Origin: Felis catus
Taxonomy: Eukaryota
DNA: 64,000 nucleotides
Assembly: GCF_018350175.1 (NCBI RefSeq)
Contig: NC_058368.1
Location: forward strand, 141,486,001-141,550,000
Direction of reading: 5' to 3'
Positions within the stretch are counted from its first letter, which is position 1. Each line of letters opens with the position of its first letter. Shown one piece after another: positions 40,678-52,230 of this stretch. A model generated the notes under the pieces. It searched no databases, had not been told where the DNA came from, and was given only the letters and a program-made list of their open reading frames with translations. The translations under genes and the position numbers were made by a program.

Positions 40678-40755
40678 ATTGCCTTGGCAACTGAATAAAT
40701 ATGGTGACACTGCCACATACTAGCTCCTAAGTAGTTGTCCAGTTGCCTTGCTAAC
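40678..40755. promoter_or_regulatory. Pair of RFX X-box-like motifs
   Basis: ATTGCCTTGGCAAC (40678-40691) and GTTGCCTTGCTAAC (40742-40755) versus consensus GTTGCCATGGCAAC. Confidence 0.45.
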
Positions 40756-43693
40756 TTCACACAAAAACTAATACCTTGAGTCCAGTCAATCCAACCAAAA
40801 GTTACTGAGTGTTTCCTATAGGAGAATATGTCTGGGTTGTCTATTTTCTTTCTAATATTTCCTTTTCAGTTAAATTCATGGACTAAACATACTTTACTGG
40901 ATAATACAAAAACCCCATGGCACTAATGACTGTAGCACAGGGATGAGGATTTTTTTGCAAAGCCATGCTTTCAGTGGGAAGTTAAATTCCTGCATATTCC
41001 AAACTTCCTTTCCTACTCTAAAATAATTCTAATGCAGTCCCAACCCCTTGCCTGCATCCTATTACAAGGAGGCAAGGGAAGTTGTTGGTGGCAGGAACTC
41101 TTCAGCAGAACACTGATGTTATCTGCTTACCTTTTCACCCCCTTAACACAATGCTAACTTAACTCAGAATCTGATCATCTCCTCCCAAATAAAAGAAAAT
41201 TATCTTCAAAAGAAAGATTAGACAAATACCAGCCTAGGCCTCTGATTAACAGGTATTTTTAAACTGACTTCCCCACACCGGTCAACCATACAGTTATAGC
41301 ATTATTAGATGTGGTCAGCATTGGGAAAGAACTTCAGGTAACCCATGAGGAAATACAAGTTCATAGCTGCTAAGTGACTGGACTGAGATCATAGTTAGGC
41401 TAACAGCTGATCAAGGATTACAACTATGATTTCCAAACTCTGCTGCATATCTTCATGGTCCGCAACTACAGCAGAATAGGGGCAAGGATTGTTCTTCTAA
41501 AACTAAAAGGGAAAAAAACATAGCTTCTTGAGAAGCAGTGATTTCCTAACTCAGGCTATCCAAAGCAACCCCTACCAGAACCTCAAGGTCCTACTTTGGA
41601 GTTTGTATGCCTAAAGAGAGAATTCTCATCATAACTCTTCAAATCTGAGATGTCAGATGGCATACAATCAGTTCTCAGAGAAGCCACTAGGCTTCAAACG
41701 AAAATGAAGCTCTTAAGTCTTCCAACAGGGAAATCTAAGACAGCAGATTTCCTGACAAGCATGTACTCCTCCCTCTATCGTGAGAAACAATCCAGTCACT
41801 GGAGTCTCTAAGAGTGGCATATTAACTCTTTCAAGATACCAGGGCATCATTTACTAAATTACCTTTGAGAACACACTACATGGTAGTCCAGTTCTTTGGA
41901 AATGTAATTAGCCTCCCGCGGGTGACTAGTTTACTCCAAGTGAGCACTGTGCTCACCATAGGATGAGAATGGTCTCTTTTTGTGAGAATGAAAATACTAT
42001 TTTGCTTGTTATCAGGAGTGATTTATTTTTCATCTTAATAATCATATAAGCCTTGGCGGGGAGGAGCCAAGATGGCAGAAGAGCATGGAAGTTTTGTTTG
42101 CATCTCACGTCCATGAAATCTAGCCAGATCAACACTAAACCATCCTACACACCTAGAAAACTGAGCTGAGGATTAACACAACAATCTGCACAACGTGAAC
42201 CACAACTCAGCAGGTATGGCAGCACAAAGAGGTGAACTGGAAGAGAGAGGCCACAAGGGCGAGGAGCTGTTTTTGCTTGCAGAGAGAGGATGGATGGGGG
42301 GAGAGTATGGGAAAAGCACCCCCCCCCCAAAAATCCATGTGGAGAGAAATGGAAAAGTGGAAACAGCTGCAGGGACTGAACTAAAAAGGGAGAAAGGAGA
42401 GGGTTTAAATTCCATTAAGACTCTATAAACACGGGGAGCACAGAGTCTGAAACTCTGCAGCTCAGTACCTGGCAGTGCTCTGGTGGGAAGGGCAAATCCC
42501 CAGGAGCAGAGTGAGGTCTGGAGAGCCTCGGGCCACACAGGGAGAGGTGGTTCCTCTGCAGGAAGGAGATTGGTAAAGGCTGTGCAGCCACCCAGTCCCA
42601 GCAGACTCCAGAGAACAACCACATTTGGTGGTGCTGGAACAAGGTTGTTAAGTGTGAAGCCTGGTGCCAGATGCATGTTGTGATTTTCCATAATCCCTGA
42701 AATACTGCTGCTACACAATTGTGCAACATTTTTCTGGGGCAGGCTATCACCCAGCCACAGTCTCTGGGCATCGGCAGCAGCACAGTCCCACGAATGTTCC
42801 TGGACATGGCCGGCACCCAGCCATTGCTTGGTGAGACCCTCAGAGGGTCTGAGTGGGTCAAAGCCACAGTCCCTCAGAGTGAGCAGTCGCATCTGAGATA
42901 AAACTCAGGAGGGAGATACCACCTGGCAACCTAACAGCTTGGTCACAGACAGTGTAAAAGCGGGGAATGGATGCAAGCTGGAGACAAAGGACGGGTGTGC
43001 AGTTGCTGACTGGGGAGAACAGAGTTCCCAAACTAGAGACTGGTAGCTGGGTGACACGACTTTCATTGCTCCCACGCATGCGCATACACACTTAGAAGCG
43101 CCACAACAATCGACCCCAGAAAGCTAAGCAGCAGCATCTACTGGAGAATGGAGCCATTACACTAAGTTCTGCCCAACTGGGCCAACTTCGCTCTTCAGAA
43201 ACACCACAAGTCTCTCTGCCTGCTTAGTTTATGGACTATAAAGTGCTTCACAGTTTGACCTCTACAGAAAAACGGTGTAATTTCAATCGTATTTCAGTCT
43301 GTTCGCTGGTCCATCTATTCAATTTTAATTTTTTTCTTTTTCGTTTCTTTTCTTTTTCTTAAATACAGAAAGAGAAAAAAATTATTTTTATTTTCAATTT
43401 TTATTAGAAATATTTTTCTTTAATGTTTTTCTACTGTATTTTTTACTTTTTTGTAAATTTTTCAAATTCTATTTTCTTCCATCGTTTCATTTTATTCTAT
43501 TTCATTGTATTCGTTTTTTCAAATTCTCACCCCTTTTTTTTTCCTTTTTTCTCTAATCTATCAAGCTCCTTTCAACAACCAGACCAAAACACACCTAGGA
43601 TCTAGCATCATTTATTTGATCTGTGTGTGTGTGTTGTTTTTAATTTTTTAATTTTATTTTTTTTACCTTTTTAATTCCCTGTCTTCCTTCAAG

Positions 43694-44806
43694 ATGAGAA
43701 AATGAAGGAATTCACCCCAAAAGAAAGAGCAAGAAGAAATGACAGCCAGGGACTTAATCAACACATATACAAGCAAGATGTCTGAACCAGAATTTAGAAT
43801 CACGATAAGAATACTAGCTGGGGTCAAAAATACATTAGAATCCCTTTCTGTGGAGATAAAAGAAGTAAAAACTAGTCAGGATGAAATTTAAAAAAATGCT
43901 ATAACTGAGCTGCAGTCTTGAATGGATGCCACAGTGGCAAAGATGGATGAGGCAGAGCAGCGAATCAGCAATACAGAGGACAAACTTATGGAGAATAATG
44001 AAGCAGAAAAAAAGAGGGAGACTAAGGCAAAAGAGCACAATTTAAGAATTATATCAGTAACTCATTAAAAAGGAAAATTAAGGGGCGCCTGGGTGGCGCA
44101 GTCAGTTAAGCGTCCGACTTCAGCCAGGTCACGATCTCGCGGTCCGTGAGTTCGAGCCCTGCATCAGGCTCTGGGCTGATGGCTCAGAACCTGGAGCCTG
44201 TTTCCGATTCTGTGTCTCCCTCTCTCTCTGCTCCTCCCCCGTTCATGCTCTGTCTCTCTCTGTCCCAAAAATAAACGTTGAAAAAAAAAATTAAAAAAAA
44301 AAAAGGAACATCAAAATCATGGGGGGGGGGGTGTCCCAGAAAATGAAGAGAGAAAAAAAGGTAGATGGGTTATGTGAGCAAATCATAGTGTAAAACTTTC
44401 CTAACCTGGAGAAAGATACAGACATCAAAATCCAGGAAGCACAGAGGACTCCCATTAGATTCAACAAAAACCGACTATCAACAAGGCATATCATAGTCAA
44501 GTTTACAAAATACTCAGGCAAGGAGAGAATCATGAAAGCAGCAAGGGAAAAAAAGTCCTTAACTTACAAGGGAAGACAAATCAGGTTTACAGCAGACCTA
44601 TCCACAGAAACTTGGCAGGCCAGAAGGAGTGGCAGGATATAGTCAATGTGCTGAATCAGAAAAATATGCAGCCAAGAATTCTTTATCCAGCAAGGTTGTC
44701 ATTCAAAATAGAAGGAGAGATCAAAAGTTTCCCAGACAAACAAAAATTAAAGGAGTTTGTGATCACTAAACCAGCCCTGAAAGAAATTTTAAGGGGGACT
44801 CTCTGA
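43694..44806 (+). pseudogene. L1 ORF1 (disrupted)
   Basis: ATG at 43694; C-terminus QPRILYPARLSFKIEGEIKSFPDKQKLKEF; stops, frameshifts and a SINE insertion. Confidence 0.9.
44082..44300 (+). mobile_element. Young SINEC_Fc inserted in L1 ORF1
   Basis: Near-consensus; TSD-like aaaaggaa(a/c)at. Confidence 0.95.
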
Positions 44807-46795
44807 GGGGAGAAAAGACGGGACAGGGGTGGGGAAGACCAAAAGCAACAAAGACCAGAAAGGACCGGAGAACACCACCAGAAACTCCAACTCTACAAGA
44901 AACATAATGGCAATAAATTCATATCTTTCAGTACTCACTCTAAACGTCAACGGACTAAATGCTCCAATCAAAAGACACAGGGTAACAGAATGGATAAGAA
45001 AACAAGATCCATCTATACGCTACTTACAAGAGACACACTTTAGACCCAAAGACACCTTCAGATTGAAAGTAAGGGGATGGAGAACCATCTATCATGCTAA
45101 TGGTCGACAAAAAAAAAGCCACAGTAGCCATACTTATATCAAACCATCTAGACTTTAAAATAAAGACTGTAACAGGAGATGAATAAGGGCATATTATCAT
45201 AATTAAGGGGTCTATACACCAAGAAGACCTAACAATTACAAACATTTATGCTCCAAATATGAAAGCACCCAAATATATAAATTAATCACAAACATAAAGA
45301 AACTCATTGACAATAATACCATAATAGTAGGGAACTTCAACACCCCTTTTACAACAATGGACAGATCATCTAAATAGAAAATCAATGAGGAAACAATGGT
45401 TTTGAATGACACACTGGACCAGGTGGACTTAAAAGATATATTCAGAACATTACAACCTAAAGCAGCAGAATATACATTCTTCTCCAGTACACATGGAACA
45501 TTCTCCAGAATAGACCACATACTGGGACACAAATCAGCCCTCAACAACTACAAAAAGTTCGAGATCATACCATGCCTATTTGCAGACCACAATGCTATGA
45601 AACTTGAAATCAAGCACAAGAAAATTTTTGGAAAGATAACGAATACTTGGTGACTCAAGAACATCCTACTAAAGAATGAATGGGCTAATGAGGAAATTAA
45701 AGAGGAAATTAAAAACTAAATGGAAGCTAACGAAAATGATAACACCACAGCCCAAAACCTCTGGGACGCAGCAAAAGGCAGTCATAAGAAGGAAGTAGAT
45801 AGCATTCCAGGCCTTCCTAAAGAAGGAAGAAAGGTCTCAGATACACAACCTAACCTTACACCTTAAAGAGCTGGAAAAAGAATGGCAAATAAAACCTCAA
45901 ACCAGCAGAAGACAGAAAATAATAAAGATTAGAGCAGAAATCAATGCTATCGAAACCAAAAAAACCCAGTAGAACAGATCAATGAAACCAAAAAGCTGAT
46001 TCTTTGAAAGAATTAACAAAATGGATAAACCCCTAGCCAGTCTGGTCCAAAAGAAAAAGGAAAGGACCCAAATAAATAAAATCAAGAATGAAAGAGGAGA
46101 GATTGCAACCAACACAGCAGAAATAAAAACAATAATAAGAGAATATTATGAGCAATTATACGCCAATAAAATGGGCAATCTGGAAGAAATGGACAAATTC
46201 CTAAAAACATATATACTACCAAAACTGAAACAGGAAGGAAGAAATAGAAAATGTGAACAGACCCATAACCAGTAAAGAAATCAAATTAGTACTCAAAAAT
46301 CTCCCAAAAAACAAGAGTCCAGGCCAGATGGCTTTCCAGGGGAATTCTACCAAACATTTAAGGAAGAGTTAAACCTATTCTCTTGAAGCTGTTCCAAAAA
46401 ATTGAAATGGAAGGAAAACTTCCAAACTCTTTCTATGAAGCCAGCACTACCTTGATTCCAAAACCAGACAGAGACCCCATTAAAAAGGAGAACTATAGAC
46501 CAATTTCCCTGATGAACATGGATGCAAAAATCCTCAACAAGATATTAGCCAACCAGATCCAACAGTACATTAAAAAAATTATTCACAACCAAGTTGGACT
46601 TATACCTGGGATGCAGGGCTGGTTCAATATCCGCAAAACAATTAATGTCATTGATCACATCAATAAAAGAAAAAACAAGAGCCACCGATCCTCTCAATAG
46701 ATGCAGAGAAGGCATTTGACAAAATACAGTACCCTGTCTTGATAAAAACCCTCAAGAAAGTAGGGATAGAAGGAGCATACCTCGAGATCATAAAA

Positions 46796-46798
<3 letters not shown>

Positions 46799-46840
<42 letters not shown>
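46799..46840. repeat. (AT)21 in L1 ORF2
   Basis: Seen directly. Confidence 0.95.
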
Positions 46841-46846
<6 letters not shown>

Positions 46847-48623
46847 CTCAAAGCTAATATCATCTTCAATGCAGAAAAACTGAGAGCTTTCCTCCTAAGG
46901 TCAGGAACAAGACAGGGATGTCCACTCTCAGCACTGTTATTCAACAGAGCATTGGAAGTCTTAGCCTCAGCAATCAGACAACACAAAGAAATAAAAGGCA
47001 TCCAAATTGGCCAGGAGGCGATCAAACTTTCACTCTTCACAGATGACATGATACTCTATATGGAAAACCCAAAAGATTCCATCAAAAAACTGCTAGAATT
47101 GATCCATGAATTCAGCAAAGTGGCAGGATATAAAATCATGCACAGAAATCGGTTGCATTCCTATATATCAACAATGAAGAACAGAAAGAGAAATTAAGGA
47201 ATCGATCCCATTTACAATTGCACCAAAAACCATAAAATACCTAGGAATAAATCTAACCAAAGAAGTGAAAAAATCTATACACTGAAAACTATAGAAAGCT
47301 TATGAAAGAAATGGAAGACGACACACAAAAAAATGGAAAAATATTCCATGCTTCTGGAATATTTGTTCTGGAAGAATAAATATTGTTAAAATGTCAATAC
47401 TACCCAAAGCAATCTACACATTCAATGCAATCCCTATCAAAATAACACCAGCCTTCTTCACAGAGGTAGAACAAATAATCCTAAAATTTGTATGGAACCA
47501 GAAAAGACCCTGAATAGCCAAAGCAATCTTGAAAAAGAAAACCAAAGCAGGAGGCATCACAATCCCGGACTTCAAACTGCATTACAAAGCAGTAATCATC
47601 AAGACAGTATGGTACTGACACAAAAACAGACACTCAGATCCATGGAACAGAATAGAGAACCCAGAAATGGACGCACAAATGTATGGGCAACTAATCTTTG
47701 ACAAAGCAGGAAAGAATATCCAATGGAATAAAGACAGTCTCTTCAGCAAGTGGTGCTGGGAAAACTGGACAGTGACATGCAGAAGAATGAACCTGGACCA
47801 CTGTCTTATACCATACACAAAAATAAACTCAAAATGGATGAAAGACCTAAATGTAAGACAGGAAGCCATCAAAATCATCAAGGAGAAAGCAGGCAAAAAC
47901 CTCTTTGATCTCGGCTGCAGCAACTTCTTACCACGTCTCCAGAGGTGAGGAAAACAAAAGCAAAAATGAACTATTGGGACCTCATCAAAATAAAAGGCTT
48001 CTGCACAGTGAAGGAAACAATCAGTAAAACTAAAAGGCAACCCACAGAATGGGAGAAGATATTTGCAAATGACCTATCAGATACAGGGTTAGTATCCAAT
48101 GTCTATAAAGAACTTATCAAACTCAACATCCAAAAAACAAACAATCCAGTGAAGAAATGGGCAAAAGACATGAATAGACATTTCTCCAAAGAAGACATCC
48201 AGATGGCCAACAGACACATGAAAAAATGCTCAACATCACTCATCATCAGGGAAATACAAATCAAAACTACAATGAGATACACCACCTCACACCGGTCAGA
48301 ATGGCTAACATTAATAACTCAGGCAACAACAGATGTTGGCCAGGATGCGGAGAAAGAGGATCTCTTTTGCATTGTTGGTGGGAATGCAAGCTGGTGCAGC
48401 CACTCTGGAAAACAGCATGGAGTTTCCTCAAAAAGCTAAAAATAGAACTACCCTACAACACCAGCAATTGAACTACTAGGTATTTATCCAAGGGATACAG
48501 ATATGCCGTTTCGAAGGGGCACATGCACTCCAATGTTTATAGCAGCACTATCAACAACAGCCAAAGTATGGAAAGAGTCCAAGTGTCTATTGATGGATGA
48601 ATGGATAAAGAAGATGTGGTGTG

Positions 48624-48625
<2 letters not shown>

Positions 48626-48667
<42 letters not shown>
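48626..48667. repeat. (CA)n in L1 ORF2 3' end
   Basis: Seen directly. Confidence 0.95.
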
Positions 48668-48669
<2 letters not shown>

Positions 48670-49891
48670 GGAGTATTACTCGGCAATCAAAAAGAATGAA
48701 ATTTTTCATTTGCAACTACGTGGATGGAACTAGAGGGTATTATGCTAAGTGAAATTAGTCAGAGAAAGACAAATATCATATGACTTCACTCATATGAGGA
48801 CTTTAAGAAAAAAACAGATGAACATAAGGGAAGGGAAGCAAAAATAATATAAAAACAGGGAGGGGGACAAAACATAAAAGACTCTTAAATATGGAGAACA
48901 AACAGAGCGTTACTAGAGGGGCTGGGGGGGATGGGCTATATGGGTAAAGGGCTTTAAGGAATCTATTCCTGAAATCATTGTTGCACTATATGCTAACTTG
49001 GATGTAAATTTTAAAAAATATAAATTAAATAAAAATACAAAAAATAAAATAAAAATAAATAATTACATATGCCTTTTAATATATGGTATTTTAAAAATTG
49101 GTAACCACTCCCCTAGGTGATAACAGGCAAACAGCAAGTGCAATAAGCTGGGAGCTTTAACACTGACCTGTCTAACCTAAATTCAACTTAATAAACATTT
49201 ATTGAGTACCTACTATTTGCCAGAGTTAATGCTAGCTATTGGGGAATTACATTGCTACAATTTATCCATTTGGGGAATATCTGTGATACTATAACAACAC
49301 TATATGAGATTATAAATGGCTACTAATGTGGGTATGGCAGATGGTCCACCATCACTTGTCCTGGTCATTAGAGACCTAAATCTGATCAATGACTCCAAAT
49401 TTAAGAGGGTAATAGAGAACTTGGTAATGATAGAGATAAATATTCCACACCTACTTTATTGATATGAAAATAAGGCCCACAAGGAAAGGACACAAAAATT
49501 CCAGTAAAGTGGAGAAGAGAATCCTCCAGGGTGACAGTGCTATCCTATGAGGCCCAGTTCCTTCAGGAAGCCTTGCTCAGGAATTCTAGCCCCAATGATC
49601 TCTTGCTTCTTTAAATTCCCAGTGCATTTATTATACAGATAAGAGAATTTAACACTTGATCAAACCATTAAAAACAGCTTGTGTACAACACTTTTTGCAC
49701 TGTATATTAACTAAAATTTGTCTCACCATCTAGATATAGGTTCTTCAAGAGCTTGGGCATCATCTATTTCTCTGGCACCCCCATCTCCACAGCCTTGCCA
49801 ATAAGCAAAAAGAAGTAGTTATTGACTTATAAACTATGAAAAACATGTTAAATAAGGGAACTAAGGGTATTTATGACAGAGAAAATAAGAC

Positions 49892-50285
49892 TGCAGAGGT
49901 ATTTTCTACTCACTGAATATCCATGTGCTCCCCCATATTGGCCAGCTCTCTTGCAATTAGAAGAAGCTACATAACTAGTTCTTACTTATTGGAATATTAG
50001 CAGGAGTTTCCAGGTCAAACCATTAGAGCCAATTCACAGCATTTCAGTTCTCTCCTTTCCTTCCAAAAAGACAATGGAAACCCCATAATGAGGTGGCCAA
50101 ACCACAAAATGGAAAAAAAAAAAGCTTGCTATCACTGAGTCTCCACATGAAGGGGAGCTGTCCTGGGGAATCACTTCACTTATAGTGGAATTTTTGTAAG
50201 CAAGTAATAGACCTGGGTTGTTTAAAGCCAGAAAAAGAAGGTTTATGTGGTACCATACCATATCCTAGTCTTATACTGATTAATA
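49892..50285 (+). mobile_element. MLT1-type MaLR LTR
   Basis: ctctcttgcaattag...ctgagtctccacatga...gtaagcaagtaatagacc...actgattaata. Confidence 0.65.
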
Positions 50286-50935
50286 AAAGACTAAAAATAA
50301 AAATCATTTCAGTACTAAGATATGTGATGGAAAGTCTTAACAAGGCAAGACTACAGAAGGAAGAACAGGAAGCAGACTAGTCTCAATGAAATGAAGGACT
50401 TCCAGGTGCTTGAGCCAATACTAGAGATCTGTCTTGTGATGAGTCAGAATCTGCAAGTCCACTTGCCGTGAAATGAAAACGAGTCAACTATGGTCAGGGA
50501 ATTTGAATGCGGTGACTTCAAATATCCCTTTAAGTGCTAAGATTTTATGATTCTATGGTTGACAGTGAAGGACAGAAAAATGAGAAACAGCTTATCCTGA
50601 GTTAATGAATATTTAATATTATATATTAAGTGAAATAAAAAGATCCTCTTATAAAATCTTGCATGGAAAGACAAGAAACATATCTGTAGCACCAAAGGAT
50701 TCAAGGATGCTCTCCCTTGTGGATAGAGTCAAACCATCACCTCTCCCTTACAATGCCACCAATCCCCCTCAAAGTACTCTCAGAGCTGGCTCCCAAGTTT
50801 CTTGTTACATCAGCCCAGAGCTCATGTCACAAGAAGACAATTCCACTGATAAAGATTCCCCACACAAATAAAGAGCCTTCTCAGTGGCATGGTAGAACAA
50901 TCTTGAATTCATTTCTAAAAAGCAGGTAAAGATCT

Positions 50936-51160
50936 GGGGCGCCTGGGTGGCGCAGTCGGTTAAGCGTCCGACATCAGCCAGGTCACGATCTCGCGGTCCG
51001 TGAGTTCGAGCCCCGCGTCAGGCTCTGGGCTGATGGCTCGGAGCCTGGAGCCTGTTTCCGATTCTGTGTCTCCCTCTCTCTCTGCCCCTCCCCCGTTCAT
51101 GCTCTGTCTCTCTCTGTCCCAAAAATAAATAAAAAACGTTGAAAAAAATTAAAAAAAAAA
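50936..51160 (+). mobile_element. Young SINEC_Fc
   Basis: Near-consensus, CpG-intact; perfect TSD aaaaagcaggtaaagatc. Confidence 0.97.
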
Positions 51161-51219
51161 AAAAAGCAGGTAAAGATCAAGAGGAAAGGCGTTTTCTAGA
51201 CTCCTGAAACCATGTTTAA

Positions 51220-51261
51220 TTTTTTTTATTTTAGAGAGAGAGAGCTAACATGAGCAGGGGA

Positions 51262-51309
<48 letters not shown>

Positions 51310-51412
51310 CTCAAGTGGGCTCCATACTCAGCATGGGGCTCAATCCCACAACCCTGGGATCATGACCTGAGCTGAAATCAAGAGTTGGATACTCAACCGA
51401 CTGAGCCACCCA
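51220..51412 (-). mobile_element. SINEC
   Basis: TSD aaaccatg(t/c)ttaattttt. Confidence 0.9.
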
Positions 51413-51468
51413 AAACCATGCTTAATTTTAATGCAGCTATCATGTCCCATCAAAAATCATCTGTCCTG

Positions 51469-51580
51469 CAGTGCTTGGGTAGCCTAGTCAGTTGAGTGTC
51501 CTACTCTTGATTTTGGCAAGGTCATGATCTCAGAGTCCTGAGATCAAGCCCTGAACTGAGCATTGAGCCTGCTACCTGGG

Positions 51581-51627
<47 letters not shown>

Positions 51628-51895
51628 CTTTCCTATGCTCACTCGCTCTCTCTCAAAAAAAAAAAAAAAAATGGGGGCACGTGGCTGGCTTAGTCGGTTA
51701 AGTGTCCAGCTTCGGCTTAGGTCATGATCTTGCAGTATGTGAGTTCAAGCACTGCATCAGGATCTGGTGCTGACAGCTCAGAGCCTGGAGCCTGCTTTAG
51801 ATTCCGAGTCTCCCTCTCTCTCTGCCCCTGCCCCACTAGCACTCTGTCTCTCTCTTGCACAAATAAAATAAAATACAAAGCATCAAAAAAATGTT
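51469..51895 (+). mobile_element. SINE nested in the A-tail of another SINE
   Basis: Outer TSD aaaaatcatctgtcctg; second head at ~51673 flanked by aaaaaaatg. Confidence 0.9.
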
Positions 51896-52009
51896 AAAAA
51901 TCATCTGTCCTGTTACATAACAGGGGGGGATTATTAAACTTCTAAGTAAAGGAAGTGGCTTCATTTCTTCCCTGAAAGTATTTTAAGAATAAAAACAGTA
52001 TCTATTTGT

Positions 52010-52230
52010 CACATATACAATGGTATTGCTGAACGACGACCTGAAGACCTGACTTAAAAATGATCTCTGCCACTTATTAGATATGTGGTAATGAGCAAGT
52101 TATTTAGCCTCTGAGTTTCAATTTCTTCATCTATAAAATAGGGATTATAATATCTACTTCATAAAGGTGCCATGATGATTAAAATGAGATAATGTGCCCT
52201 GTATATTGAAAAACAGGGCTCAAATGTAAG
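52010..52230 (+). mobile_element. MIR
   Basis: gagcaagttatttagcctctgagtttcaatttcttcatctataaaatagggattataata. Confidence 0.8.

Larger units (their letters stand above)
44907..48797 (+). pseudogene. L1 ORF2 endonuclease/reverse transcriptase (disrupted)
   Basis: [54 protein letters not shown]; split over many frames. Confidence 0.93.
42055..49057 (+). mobile_element. Full-length, inactivated felid LINE-1
   Basis: 5' GGGGAGGAGCCAAGATGGC, long 5'UTR, ORF1, ORF2 (EN, RT, C-terminal domain), 3'UTR, A-rich tail; 18-bp TSD aataatcatataagcctt / aataattacatatgcctt (3 mismatches). Confidence 0.96.

Noticed and set aside
42055..49057. Active L1
   Set aside because: Many stops and frameshifts, SINE in ORF1, TSD already diverged.
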